This document shows, piece by piece, positions 21,902-32,126 of a stretch of DNA of 64,000 bases (its first letter is position 1; each line of letters opens with the position of its first letter). Position numbers and translations under genes: made by a program. The notes beneath the pieces were generated by a model. It saw only the letters and a program-made list of their open reading frames with translations, ran no database searches and had not been told where the DNA came from. Origin of the DNA: an uncultured Eubacteriales bacterium. Its GTDB lineage: Bacteria > Bacillota > Clostridia > TANB77 > CAG-508. The DNA lies in NCBI GenBank assembly GCA_949840345.1, contig CATKWX010000003.1, positions 23,370-87,369 on the forward strand, written 5' to 3'.

Positions 21902-24193
21902 ATGCAAAAGAAAAAACAAACTAAACCAATAAAACAAATAATAATAATAACAATAATAGCAATATTATTACTATTACTAATATTGTCAGAGGATATAATA
22001 AAATTTACCAATAAAAACAAAATAAATCTAGCAGAAAACACACCAAATGCAACAGCAATAGTAGATCCAAATATTCCACAATTATCAGCAGGAATGATAC
22101 CGATAAGATGGGAAAGTGACCATTTTATAATAACAACCCAAAACGATCCTAAATGGTATGACTACAAAAACGGAAAGCCAGCATATATAATGCTAAACGA
22201 TGGATATTACCAAAGCGAATTAATACGAGGAATAACAGATGATCAACTAATGTCAAACGCCGTAGGAAACGACGCTCTTGTTATTCCGAAGGTACCAAAC
22301 AATAATCCAACCATACTAATGTGGATACCTCGATTTGCAGTAAATGACGAAACAAATGAGATACAATACATAAAAAATACAGAAGCAATAGAAGGAAATT
22401 GGACAATACCAGAAATGTTCACTTACAAGCAAGAAGCCGAGACTTCTCCAGACTTCCTATTAACAGGAATATGGCTAGAAAAAGATGTAGATACAAACAT
22501 TACAACTAAAATAAATCAAATGAACAGTGAAGAAGGCATATATGGATTTATAAAAAACACAATTGTTGTTTCATCAAACCAAACAATTCAAAACACAATC
22601 CAAGACTATATTGCAAATACCGTAGGGGCTCATGATTGCGCTCTAGATGACCCAACCAACCCAAATCGTGTAATCCTAAAAATAATAAACCAAAATAACC
22701 AAGAACCAATAAAAGCAAAGGCAATTTTAGATGTTAATACTATGGAAATAACAATAAATATTACTTATTCTAAAAATAAAATAACAAAAATAGAAGATGC
22801 AAGAGGAAATATATTAAGCGAAAATTCAATTACTGCTGTAGATAGAGATATACCTAGCAATGGTACATATCATTATATAATAACAGATGAACTAGGCAAT
22901 AAAAAGAATTTAAGTGTAAAAGTAAATATAACAAGTACAATAACATACAATATAAATGGAGGAACAAAGGCAGTTGCAAGTATTACTGCAGGATATGGAG
23001 AGACAATTGAAATGCCTATTCCAGAAAGGAAATATATTGTAAGCTATAATACAGGAGGAAATGGATCAATACCTAGCACAAGTGCAGAATATGAATTTAA
23101 TGGATGGTATACACAAGCAATTGACGGGGAGAAAAGAGAATATACAACAATGCCAAAAAATAACCAAACTTTATATGCTCAATGGACCGCTAAAGGAGTA
23201 AGTTTACCAAACTTTCCAAAAGAAGATTACTTAGGAAATTGGTATTTAAATAATGCATTAACTACTATTGTTGGTCGTGTAGGAGATGAGTATATACCAA
23301 CAAAAAATATTACACTATATGCTGGATATAAATCAGGAATTTATGCATTCTATTATGATGATAGAACATTAGCATTTAACACAGTAAATTCTGGAATTGA
23401 AGGAAAAACTGCAAAATTTTCGTATGGAGAAATATCTAATACGCATTTAACAGGTGATAATGCTCCTTGGGGTTATTATTATGTCGATAGAGTTGTTTTT
23501 CTCGATGTTATTACTCCAAAATATACATCGTATTGGTTTACAGGAAGCAATTTTAAAGAAATAGATACTAGATACATAAGGACAAATAATGTAACAGATA
23601 TGAAAGGAATGTTTGAAAGTTGCAGATATCTTAAAAGTATAGATTTAAGCAGATGGAATACAAGTAAAGTAACGGATATGAGTTGGATGTTTTATTACTG
23701 TAATGATTTAACAAGTTTGGATTTAAGTAATTTTAATACAAGTAATGTTACGGATATGACATATATGTTTGGAGATTGTGATGAATTAACAAGTCTAAAT
23801 ATAAGTAGTTTCAATACAAGTAGAGTAACAGATATGAGTTGGATGTTTCAAGAATGTAGGAAGTTAACAACTTTAGATTTGAGTAATTTTAATACAATCA
23901 ATGTTACCAATATGAGAGGTATGTTTTATCTTTGTAATAATCTAACAAGCCTAAATTTAAAAAGCTTTAATACAAGCAAAGTGACAAGTATGCTTGAAAT
24001 GTTTTATATGTGTACTTCTTTAACAAGCTTAGATTTAAGTAGTTTTAATACAAATAAAGTAACTAATATGGGTAGTATGTTTAAATATTGTTCTAACTTA
24101 AAAACAATATATGTAGGGGCATATTGGAATGTTCCTAGTGGTACTAAAGAGATGTTTTATAGTTGTGGCACAAGTACTACAACAATAAAATAA
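21902..24193 (+). CDS. Surface protein with N-terminal signal anchor, InlB B-repeat (Flg_new) domain and C-terminal DUF285/BspA-type leucine-rich repeats
   Basis: 763-aa ORF with GGAGG RBS. Seven repeats of the form NTSxVTxMxxMFxxCxxLTSLDLSxF. Confidence 0.85.
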   Translation: MQKKKQTKPIKQIIIITIIAILLLLLILSEDIIKFTNKNKINLAENTPNATAIVDPNIPQLSAGMIPIRWESDHFIITTQNDPKWYDYKNGKPAYIMLNDGYYQSELIRGITDDQLMSNAVGNDALVIPKVPNNNPTILMWIPRFAVNDETNEIQYIKNTEAIEGNWTIPEMFTYKQEAETSPDFLLTGIWLEKDVDTNITTKINQMNSEEGIYGFIKNTIVVSSNQTIQNTIQDYIANTVGAHDCALDDPTNPNRVILKIINQNNQEPIKAKAILDVNTMEITINITYSKNKITKIEDARGNILSENSITAVDRDIPSNGTYHYIITDELGNKKNLSVKVNITSTITYNINGGTKAVASITAGYGETIEMPIPERKYIVSYNTGGNGSIPSTSAEYEFNGWYTQAIDGEKREYTTMPKNNQTLYAQWTAKGVSLPNFPKEDYLGNWYLNNALTTIVGRVGDEYIPTKNITLYAGYKSGIYAFYYDDRTLAFNTVNSGIEGKTAKFSYGEISNTHLTGDNAPWGYYYVDRVVFLDVITPKYTSYWFTGSNFKEIDTRYIRTNNVTDMKGMFESCRYLKSIDLSRWNTSKVTDMSWMFYYCNDLTSLDLSNFNTSNVTDMTYMFGDCDELTSLNISSFNTSRVTDMSWMFQECRKLTTLDLSNFNTINVTNMRGMFYLCNNLTSLNLKSFNTSKVTSMLEMFYMCTSLTSLDLSSFNTNKVTNMGSMFKYCSNLKTIYVGAYWNVPSGTKEMFYSCGTSTTTIK

Positions 24194-24340
24194 ATATATT
24201 GCACACTGTAGGGAACGGCGTCCTCGCCGTTCCGTGCTTCGAAGGCACATCTAATTAACGTAGGGGTCGGCGGCCCCGACGACTCGTTAATGAATAGTGA
24301 ATAATGATATGTAGGGAACGACGTTAGTTTGTTCCCTACG
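24190..24340. repeat. REP-like cluster R3: three tandem GTAG-hairpin units (gggaacggcgtcctcgccgttcc; ggggtcggcggccccgacgac; gggaacgacg...ttccctac)
   Basis: Starts at the stop codon of 21902..24193. The last unit overlaps the final codons and stop of the minus-strand gene ending at 24336. Confidence 0.75.
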
Positions 24341-26333
24341 TTACTTCTCCTACAAATTCCCACGAATGTCCGTTATCTTTAGAAATATATTTTGCTTTTA
24401 TTTTTGCATTATTATATGTATCTTGATATCCTCCGGAAGCTAATACTACTAATGTGCCATCGTCTAATTTCGTTGGTAAATGGTAATAATCATAGCAATT
24501 TTGCCATTCTTCTTTGCTATAGTTAGATAAAGTAAATTCTCCTATAGGAAAATCAATTTTTTGAAATGTCTCGCCTGAATCAAATGTTACAAGTAATTCG
24601 GAAGCTAAACAATGTATAGTAGTTGGCTTTTCTAAAAATCCTAAGCCATTTTCAAAAAATTTTATTTTGCTAGCACCTGAAACATCAATTTGATTAGTTT
24701 CTGTATAAATGCTATGTTTATCTGTTAATTTTCCAATTGACCATAATTCAGAAGACATAGCAGAGTCAATTCTTCTTACATAGTATTCTTCATTTTCATT
24801 TATTTTTTCATTATATATAGTATTTTGTGGATTTTCTGAAACTTTCTTTAAAAACATTTTTCTTGCTGTAACTAAATCTTCTAGATGCATTTTTTCGTCT
24901 CTTAATTTCTTAACATTAATGTTCTTTTCCTTCAATTTAAATTTCGATATATTAAATTCTTGCCATTTAATCTCATCTGAAGTATTTGCTATATTAAATA
25001 ATATTTTTAGTATTTCTACTTTTTCATCTATTGATATATTTTCTTTTAATTTTTCTTCTAACAAACTATAACTATCTTCAGTTGCAATTTTATATATGTA
25101 TTTATAATCTATATCTTCATCTCTATTAATATTTTTAGCTATTATTATTTTTTCTATATTAATAAAATTAGCAGTGCAATATATTGATAAAATAATTATC
25201 ATACACCATTTTACAAAATCAAATTTAGCTTTAAAAATATACAAAAGAGTTGGTATAAATAATAATATTTCAGTAAATAAAATAATAAACACAAAAGCTC
25301 TTAAATAAGTTAGTCCAAATTCTAATTCATACATATGCATTCTATACATAGAAGATATAACTATAATAATGGTAAATATAACTAAAAATATATTTGAAGT
25401 TCTTATAAACTTATTCTTATTTTCGGTTTGCCTATTTGAAATAATAATAATTATAAAATTAATAAATGAAACAAACATAAGCTGGAAAAATCCTGTTCTT
25501 GCATATTCTGCGTAATCAAAGTCGGCGGTTATATTTATTTTTGCAAATAATGAGCTTATTTGAATACAACAGAAAACAAAATAAATAATATTTAAGCTAA
25601 TTAAAAGTAACTCTAAAGTAAATGGATTTTTATTGTTATCTTTTTCCATTGAATTATTATATTCTAAATCCTCGTCATCATTTTCTTTGATTTTAAGTTT
25701 TAAGATTAAATTTAAAAATAAAATACTAAATATTACAATAAATAATAATCTTAAACTTAAATTTAAAATATTTACTAAATTTATATTTTCAAATATGCTA
25801 CTTACATCAGGAAACATATTGGCAAATAAACTATCAGCAGAGCCTAATAAAATAATAACAATTCCTACAACAATAGATACAATAATTATAGCTTGTAAAA
25901 TTTTTTTAATGTTATCTCTATCAATTTTTTTAGTATTTTTAAGCTTTATATTGTCTTTTACATATTCTATACTAGCATTATATTCAAAAATAGTATTTGA
26001 AAACAATGCTATTGCTTTAGAAATATGATTTTTTAAATAATCTTTTTTATTAGTAATAATTGCAAACATTAAACAATGCAATATTATTAAAACAAGAACA
26101 TTTGCTATATAAAAGGCTTTATTTGCAAATATAAAATATGAACTACTTAATAATATTATAGGTATCATTAGTAAAAAGCCATTACTATTTATAATCTTAT
26201 TTTTCTTTTTAAGTATGTAAAAAATTATTCCATTACCTACAAAAGCAAATATTAGCATTGAAATTCCTATGTGTTTTTCATAAAACAAAACAGATTGAAA
26301 TACAGCTAATATCAAGCTTCCTATAATTTCCAT
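24336..26333 (-). CDS. Large polytopic membrane protein (N-terminal multi-TM region, C-terminal ~200-aa soluble domain), DUF4153-like. Translationally coupled to the upstream HTH gene.
   Basis: 665-aa ORF. Its start overlaps the stop of the 26336..26545 gene. Hydrophobic segments throughout the N-terminal two-thirds. Confidence 0.75.
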   Translation of the reverse strand: MEIIGSLILAVFQSVLFYEKHIGISMLIFAFVGNGIIFYILKKKNKIINSNGFLLMIPIILLSSSYFIFANKAFYIANVLVLIILHCLMFAIITNKKDYLKNHISKAIALFSNTIFEYNASIEYVKDNIKLKNTKKIDRDNIKKILQAIIIVSIVVGIVIILLGSADSLFANMFPDVSSIFENINLVNILNLSLRLLFIVIFSILFLNLILKLKIKENDDEDLEYNNSMEKDNNKNPFTLELLLISLNIIYFVFCCIQISSLFAKINITADFDYAEYARTGFFQLMFVSFINFIIIIISNRQTENKNKFIRTSNIFLVIFTIIIVISSMYRMHMYELEFGLTYLRAFVFIILFTEILLFIPTLLYIFKAKFDFVKWCMIIILSIYCTANFINIEKIIIAKNINRDEDIDYKYIYKIATEDSYSLLEEKLKENISIDEKVEILKILFNIANTSDEIKWQEFNISKFKLKEKNINVKKLRDEKMHLEDLVTARKMFLKKVSENPQNTIYNEKINENEEYYVRRIDSAMSSELWSIGKLTDKHSIYTETNQIDVSGASKIKFFENGLGFLEKPTTIHCLASELLVTFDSGETFQKIDFPIGEFTLSNYSKEEWQNCYDYYHLPTKLDDGTLVVLASGGYQDTYNNAKIKAKYISKDNGHSWEFVGEVT

Positions 26334-26335
26334 AG

Positions 26336-26545
26336 TTAGTCTCCTCTCTCAAAATCTAATATGTCTCCGGGCTTGCACTTAAGAACTTCACATATTTTTT
26401 CTAATGTTGAAAATCGTATTGCTTTTGCTTTATTAGTTTTAAGTATTGAAAGATTAGCAGGTGTAATTCCTACTTTTTCGGCTAATTCTTGTGAAGACAT
26501 TTTTCTTTTTGCTAACATTACATCTACATTAACTATTATTGGCAT
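26336..26545 (-). CDS. YozG-like XRE/Cro-family HTH transcriptional regulator (69 aa)
   Basis: MPIIVNVDVMLAKRKMSSQELAEKVGITPANLSILKTNKAKAIRFSTLEKICEVLKCKPGDIL matches the YozG/DUF2975-partner HTH family signature. Confidence 0.85.
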   Translation of the reverse strand: MPIIVNVDVMLAKRKMSSQELAEKVGITPANLSILKTNKAKAIRFSTLEKICEVLKCKPGDILDFERGD

Positions 26546-26654
26546 AATTTAATCACGTTCCTTTCTAATTGTATAGAAAAAATCAATTTTTTTCGTTGAT
26601 ATAATGGTATTTTATTATGCAATTAAATATAGTTTCAAAAAAATCTGCCACTCC

Positions 26655-26855
26655 TTAAACGCGGCAAATGTTGTAGGGAACGACGCCCTCGTCGTTCCAT
26701 TAAAGTGTATCGCTACGATAGTGACAGTAGAAAGCCGTTCTAATCCGTAAAAGCGGAGTTCGATTTTTTAAAAATATATTTAATTGCTTATAATAAATAT
26801 ATTGCAAATGTTGTAGGGGTTTAGACCTAAATCGACCCGTCTAGGCAATATGCTG
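26655..26855. repeat. REP/BIME-like cluster R4 (gtagggaacgacgccctcgtcgttcc; linker taaatatattgcaaatgt; gtaggggtttagacctaaatcgaccc)
   Basis: Two GTAG-headed GC palindromes and the conserved ATATATTGCAAA linker. Confidence 0.75.
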
Positions 26856-26869
26856 ATTCTTTTTTAAAC

Positions 26870-27391
26870 TCATATTGTGAAATCATTTTCTTCCTTATAC
26901 TCAATTGCTTTTTTATAAATTTCATTTAATATTTTAATTCCTATTCCAGCAACAGCAAATATAATCATAAGCATTATTGAAAAAGCAAATATATAATATA
27001 TAAATTCTCCCATTAAGTTACTCATTATTAAAAATATAAGTATTGCTATAACAAGATATATAAAACTTATTATAAAACAACTATTACTTATTACATTTAA
27101 CCTTTTAGCATTATTTTCACAAAATAATATATTGTTTTTTAAATTTTTAAATATTTTAATAAATTGATAAATAACAAAAAGTGCTATTATTCCTGTAGTT
27201 ATAATCATAATAAATAAAATAAGATCAGATGTATTATTTTGTACGTTTTCTTTCATAACAATATGAAATATTATTTTTATTATTATGCTTAATACTATTG
27301 CATCAACAAGACTTATTATAGCAAAAAGTATCTCAAGCCCTACTATTACTTTAGATGATAAACTTTTTTCTCCTAAAATTTTCATTTTCAC
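26870..27391 (-). CDS. Small 4-5 TM membrane protein, DUF2975 (YoaS)-like
   Basis: 173-aa hydrophobic ORF. Sits next to a YozG-like regulator, as in yozG-yoaS pairs. Confidence 0.6.
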   Translation of the reverse strand: MKMKILGEKSLSSKVIVGLEILFAIISLVDAIVLSIIIKIIFHIVMKENVQNNTSDLILFIMIITTGIIALFVIYQFIKIFKNLKNNILFCENNAKRLNVISNSCFIISFIYLVIAILIFLIMSNLMGEFIYYIFAFSIMLMIIFAVAGIGIKILNEIYKKAIEYKEENDFTI

Positions 27392-27490
27392 TTCCTCCTT
27401 AATTTTTACTTAGTATACAATTTATATTTTCGTTTGTCAATACTTTTTTATTGTTTTACGATAATTAAGTTACCGTTCCTAACAAAATAA

Positions 27491-27640
27491 AAACATATTG
27501 TATATTATAGAGGCGTAATCGGTCTGTAGGGGTCGGCGTCCTCGACGACCCGTAAATGAATAGTTAATAATGAATAGTGAAGAATACAAAATTTGCCTTT
27601 GGCAAATTTTGATGTAGGGGTCGATGCCTACATCTACCTG
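27491..27640. repeat. REP/BIME-like cluster R5 (ggggtcggcgtcctcgacgaccc; aatgaatagtgaagaatacaaaatttgcctttggcaaattttga; ggggtcgatgcctacatctacc)
   Basis: Same modules as R1/R2. The caaaatt..aattttg stem is kept with a different loop, which is a compensatory change. Confidence 0.75.
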
Positions 27641-27793
27641 TATGACAAAGACTTATCTGTTTTTCAGTCTAAAGTATTGACAATGCTAGAAAATCATACT
27701 AAAATAATACTTTAAAAATAAATAAAATTATTATAATTAAAAATGAAAGGTTATAGTAACAATCTAAATTTAACTTAAGGAGAAATAGAGGAA

Positions 27794-29125
27794 ATGAACA
27801 TAGGATTATCAGAGCATTTTACATATAAAAAATTAATAAAATTCACAATACCAACAATAATAATGATGATATTTACATCAATTTATGGAGTAGTAGATGG
27901 CATATTTGTATCAAATTGTGTAGGCTCAAATGCCTTTGCAGCAGTAAATTTAATTATGCCAGCAATAATGATTTTAGGAACATTAGGTTTTATGATGGGA
28001 ACTGGTGGAAGTGCACTAGTTTCAAAAACAATAGGAGAAGGAGATAAGAAAAAAGCCAATAGATATTTTTCAATGTTAATATATTTGTTAGCAATAGTAG
28101 GATTTATACTTACAGTTGTTGGAATAGCATTAGTAGAGCCAATGGCAAAATTATTGCGTGCAGATGATAGTATGTTACAAGATTGTGTAACTTACGGAAG
28201 GACACTACTTTTATTTTTAGTACCATTTTGTTTACAAAACGCTTTTCAAAGCTTTTTAATAGTAGCAGAAAAACCAACATTTGGATTAATTATCTCAATT
28301 GTATCAGGTGTTAGTAATATGATACTAGATTTCTTACTTATTTATGTGTTTAAAATGGGAGTTTTTGGAGCAGCACTTGCTACTGGAATTAGTCAAGTAA
28401 TTGGAGTAATTATTCCTATAATCTATTTTGCTACTAAGAAAAATCATATTTTGCAATTCACAAAAACTAAATTTGAATTAAAGCCTATAATCAAAAGCTG
28501 TACTAATGGTTCATCAGAAATGTTAACAAATTTATCGATGTCACTTGTAAATATGCTGTTTAATGCACAACTTATGAAATATGCAGGGGCAGATGGTGTT
28601 GTTGCATTTGGAATAATTATGTATGTTGGATTTATATTTTCTGGAACATATATAGGGTATTCAGTAGGAACGGCACCAATTATAGGCTATCACTATGGAG
28701 CACAGAATGAAGGTGAACTAAAAAGCTTATTAAAGAAAAGTTTTATTTTAATAGGTGTAACTTCAGTAGTAATGACGGGACTTGCAGAAATTTTATCAAA
28801 ATTACTTGCATCAATTTTTGTAAGCTATGATGAAGGATTATTAAATATAACAACAAACGCAATAAGGCTATTTTCTATATCATATTTAATTAGTGGATTT
28901 AATATATTTAGCTCGTCATTCTTTACAGCTTTAAATAATGGATTTGTTTCAGCAGCCATATCATTTATGAGAACATTAGTATTTCAAGTTGCAATGATAT
29001 TTTTACTTCCAGCAATTTGGGGAATAAATGGAATCTGGCTTGCAGTTGCAGTAGCAGAAACCTTATCGTTATTTATATGTATAATATTCTTAATAAAAAA
29101 CAAGAAGAAATACCAATATGCGTAA
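27794..29125 (+). CDS. MATE-family multidrug efflux transporter
   Basis: 443 aa, 12 predicted TM segments, typical MATE N-terminus. Upstream TTGACA-17-TAAAAT promoter and AGGAG RBS. Confidence 0.85.
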   Translation: MNIGLSEHFTYKKLIKFTIPTIIMMIFTSIYGVVDGIFVSNCVGSNAFAAVNLIMPAIMILGTLGFMMGTGGSALVSKTIGEGDKKKANRYFSMLIYLLAIVGFILTVVGIALVEPMAKLLRADDSMLQDCVTYGRTLLLFLVPFCLQNAFQSFLIVAEKPTFGLIISIVSGVSNMILDFLLIYVFKMGVFGAALATGISQVIGVIIPIIYFATKKNHILQFTKTKFELKPIIKSCTNGSSEMLTNLSMSLVNMLFNAQLMKYAGADGVVAFGIIMYVGFIFSGTYIGYSVGTAPIIGYHYGAQNEGELKSLLKKSFILIGVTSVVMTGLAEILSKLLASIFVSYDEGLLNITTNAIRLFSISYLISGFNIFSSSFFTALNNGFVSAAISFMRTLVFQVAMIFLLPAIWGINGIWLAVAVAETLSLFICIIFLIKNKKKYQYA

Positions 29126-29241
29126 TTTAGGGAATATATGACGTTTGTGCTTAGAAAAAAGATAAAGATTGATAATCACTTAAGTTTATGATATTATATG
29201 GTTAGATAAATAGTAATTTATTTGATAGAAATGGAGGACTT

Positions 29242-29835
29242 ATGAGAATAGGCATAGATATTGATGGGGTTTTGACAGATAGAGAACGATTTGCTATAGA
29301 TTATATTAGTAAATACTGCGTTGAGAATAATATTGAATACAATATTGGCGATAGTAATTATGAAGATTGTAAAACATTCAATATTAATAAAGAACAGGAA
29401 AATGATTTTTGGAATAAATATTTGGAATATTACTCAATAAATGAAAAAGCAAGACCTTTTGCATCAGAAGTTATAAAGAAACTAAAAGAGGACGGGAATG
29501 AAATATATATAATAACTGCTAGATGGTTAACAAATAGGGACGACGATGTTGGAAACAAGATGAGGGAAATAGTTAAAGATTGGTTATATGAAAATAAAAT
29601 ATTATATGATAAATTAATATTTTCAAAAGCAACAAATGAAAGAAAATCTCAAGAAATTATTGAAAATAAAATAGATTTAATTATTGAAGATAGCCCTAAT
29701 AATATAAACGAGTTATCCAAAGTAGTTCCAGTAATTTGCTATCATGCAGAATATAATAAAAATTGTTTAGGTAGTAAAATAATCAGATGCTATAGTTGGT
29801 ATGATATATATAGTAAGATAAATAATTTAAAATAA
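29242..29835 (+). CDS. HAD-superfamily hydrolase, NT5C-like 5'(3')-deoxyribonucleotidase family
   Basis: N-terminal IGIDIDGVLTD (DxDxT/V) HAD motif. 197 aa. Confidence 0.55.
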   Translation: MRIGIDIDGVLTDRERFAIDYISKYCVENNIEYNIGDSNYEDCKTFNINKEQENDFWNKYLEYYSINEKARPFASEVIKKLKEDGNEIYIITARWLTNRDDDVGNKMREIVKDWLYENKILYDKLIFSKATNERKSQEIIENKIDLIIEDSPNNINELSKVVPVICYHAEYNKNCLGSKIIRCYSWYDIYSKINNLK

Positions 29836-29858
29836 TAAATTACAATTTATTTTATAAT

Positions 29859-29889
29859 TTGCTTGTAATCAAAAACAAAATATTATATA
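29859..29889 (+). promoter_or_regulatory. Candidate sigma-A promoter of the Mn riboswitch-mntP unit
   Basis: TTGCTT, 17-19 bp spacer, TATATA/ATTATA. Hexamer assignment is approximate. Confidence 0.4.
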
Positions 29890-29895
29890 ATAATT

Positions 29896-30025
29896 CCTAA
29901 ATAAGGGAGTAGTTAGCATTATATATGTAATAAAGTCAACATACTGATATAAATATCTGGCTTTATTTTAAATAACGAGACTTGTTTGCAAAATAAAAGT
30001 TGCAGACAAAGTTTCGTTTTTTGTT
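29896..30025 (+). ncRNA. yybP-ykoY Mn2+ riboswitch with terminator expression platform
   Basis: Conserved blocks AAGGGAGUAG, GUCAACAUAC and AACGAGACUUG are present. Imperfect hairpin plus UUUUUU at 29983-30022. Directly 5' of an MntP gene, the canonical riboswitch context. Confidence 0.7.
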
Positions 30026-30043
30026 TGCGGAAAAGAGGTTAGT

Positions 30044-30610
30044 ATGAGTATTTTTGAAATTATGCTTATTGGAGTAAGCTTAGCAATGGATGCGTTTGCA
30101 GTATCTATATGCAAAGGTTTATCTATGAAAAAAATGAATTGGAAAAGTGCAGTAATAATAGCATTATATTTTGGGGTATTTCAAGCATTTATGCCAGTTT
30201 TGGGTTATTTGTTAGGGACAACCTTTAGTGGCTTTGTAGAGAGCATAGACCATTGGATTGCATTTATTTTATTATCTATTATTGGTGGAAATATGATAAA
30301 GGAATCTTTTGATAATGAAGAAGAAAAGAGAAATGATAATATTGATGTAAAAACTATGGTAATATTAGCTATTGCAACAAGCATAGATGCCCTAGCAGTT
30401 GGCGTTACATTTGCCTTTTTTAAAACAAACGTTGTTTTATCAGTATCAATTATAGGTTTAATTACATTTGCATTATCTATAATAGGTGTAAAAATAGGCA
30501 ATAAATTCGGAGATAAATTCCAAAATAAAGCTGAATTATCAGGAGGAGTTATACTAATAATTATAGGGCTAAAAATATTATTAGGACATTTAGGACTTTT
30601 GCCATTTTAA
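30044..30610 (+). CDS. mntP: Manganese efflux pump MntP
   Basis: 188 aa. MSIFEIMLIGVSLAMDAFAVS..., duplicated DUF204 halves. Downstream of a yybP-ykoY element. Confidence 0.85.
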   Translation: MSIFEIMLIGVSLAMDAFAVSICKGLSMKKMNWKSAVIIALYFGVFQAFMPVLGYLLGTTFSGFVESIDHWIAFILLSIIGGNMIKESFDNEEEKRNDNIDVKTMVILAIATSIDALAVGVTFAFFKTNVVLSVSIIGLITFALSIIGVKIGNKFGDKFQNKAELSGGVILIIIGLKILLGHLGLLPF

Positions 30611-30749
30611 TATGCAGTAAGAATTTAAATAATTATAATATTCGACATATACAGCAAATATCATATAATTTTAAACAGTTTTTGCACTACGCAGCAAAAA
30701 CTTGACGAAAATAATAATATATGTTATCATAAATTAGAGGTGATTTAAG

Positions 30750-31956
30750 TTGAAAAGCATATACCGCAAAAATTATATGGATAAATTAATATCACTAAAA
30801 GATAAACAAATAATAAAAGTTATAACTGGAATTCGTAGAGCTGGTAAATCTACTATTTTAAAAGAATTTTATAATTATTTAATTAAAAATGGTATAGACA
30901 AAAAGAATATTATATTTATTAATTTTGATGATGCAAATAATAAACACTTATTAGATACAGACAAATTACATGAATATATAATAAATAATACTGATGAAAG
31001 TAAAAATAATTATATAATTTTAGATGAAATACAGAATGTTCCTAGTTTTCAAAAATGTATAGATAGTTTATTTTTAAGAGAGTATTTAGATATTTATATA
31101 ACTGGTTCAAATTCATATATGTTATCTCGGAGAACTCGCAACTTATCTTACAGGAAGATATATACAAATTCATGTATTACCCTTGTCATTCAGAGAATTC
31201 TTAGATTATTATGGAGAAGGTGACGAGTTTAAAAAATATAATCAATATATAACATATGGAGCTTTTCCATATTTAATTAATTTAGATAGTTCTAAAGATA
31301 AATTAGATTATTTAGATGGAATTTATAATACAGTTATTATGAAAGATGTTATATCTAGAAAAAAAGTAAATGATTCACTAATGTTAGAAAACATATGCAG
31401 ATTTTTGTTTGATAATATTGGGTCTAATATATCAGTTAAAAAAATAAGCGATACAATAGCTTCAGATGGCAGACCTAATTCAGTTCATACTATCGAGGAA
31501 TATTTAAATGCTTTAGTGGAAAGCTATATTTTATACAAAGTAGATAGATATGATATAAAAGGTAAAGAATTATTAAAAACACAGTCTAAATATTATCTTT
31601 CCGATTTGGGATTAAGAACTTATCTACTTGGAAGCTCAAGAGATAAGGATTTAGGACATATACTCGAGAATGTAATTTTTTTAGAGTTAAAACGACTTGG
31701 CTTTAAAATATTTGTTGGAAAAAATGATGTAAATGAAGTAGATTTTGTTATACAAAATGAAGAAGATTTAATATATATTCAGGTTGCATTAAGTGTTAGA
31801 GATAGTCAAACATTAGAAAGAGAGCTAAAGCCATTAAATTCAATAGCAGACCACTATAAGAAATATTTAATAACACTAGATTATGATACAAATAATTATA
31901 ATGGAATAAAGCAAATAAGTGCAATAGATTTTTTAACGGGAAAAATAAAGTTATAA
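30750..31956 (+). pseudogene. DUF4143 AAA+ ATPase, interrupted by a +1 frameshift at ~31128-31130 (CGG)
   Basis: Two overlapping ORFs (30750..31223 and 31183..31956) together give a full-length DUF4143 ATPase (Walker A GIRRAGKST). Deleting one base near tctCGGag restores ...GSNSYMLS(G/R)ELATYLTGRYIQIHVLPLSFREF. Confidence 0.7.
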
Positions 31957-32126
31957 ATATATTATAATGTTCTTGATATAGCAATCAAATGACTACATTT
32001 ATATAACAAGATTACGCCATGTTATGCAAACAAAACACTTTACATTAAAGTTTTAAACAATCATTTATTTAATGTAATTTAAACTTATAAAATTGATTGT
32101 AAATATATTATACGAGGAAAATAAAT

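Noticed and set aside
25633-26028. 131-aa plus-strand ORF inside the 665-aa membrane protein gene
   Set aside because: Antisense overlap with a well-supported, translationally coupled gene. Low-complexity translation.
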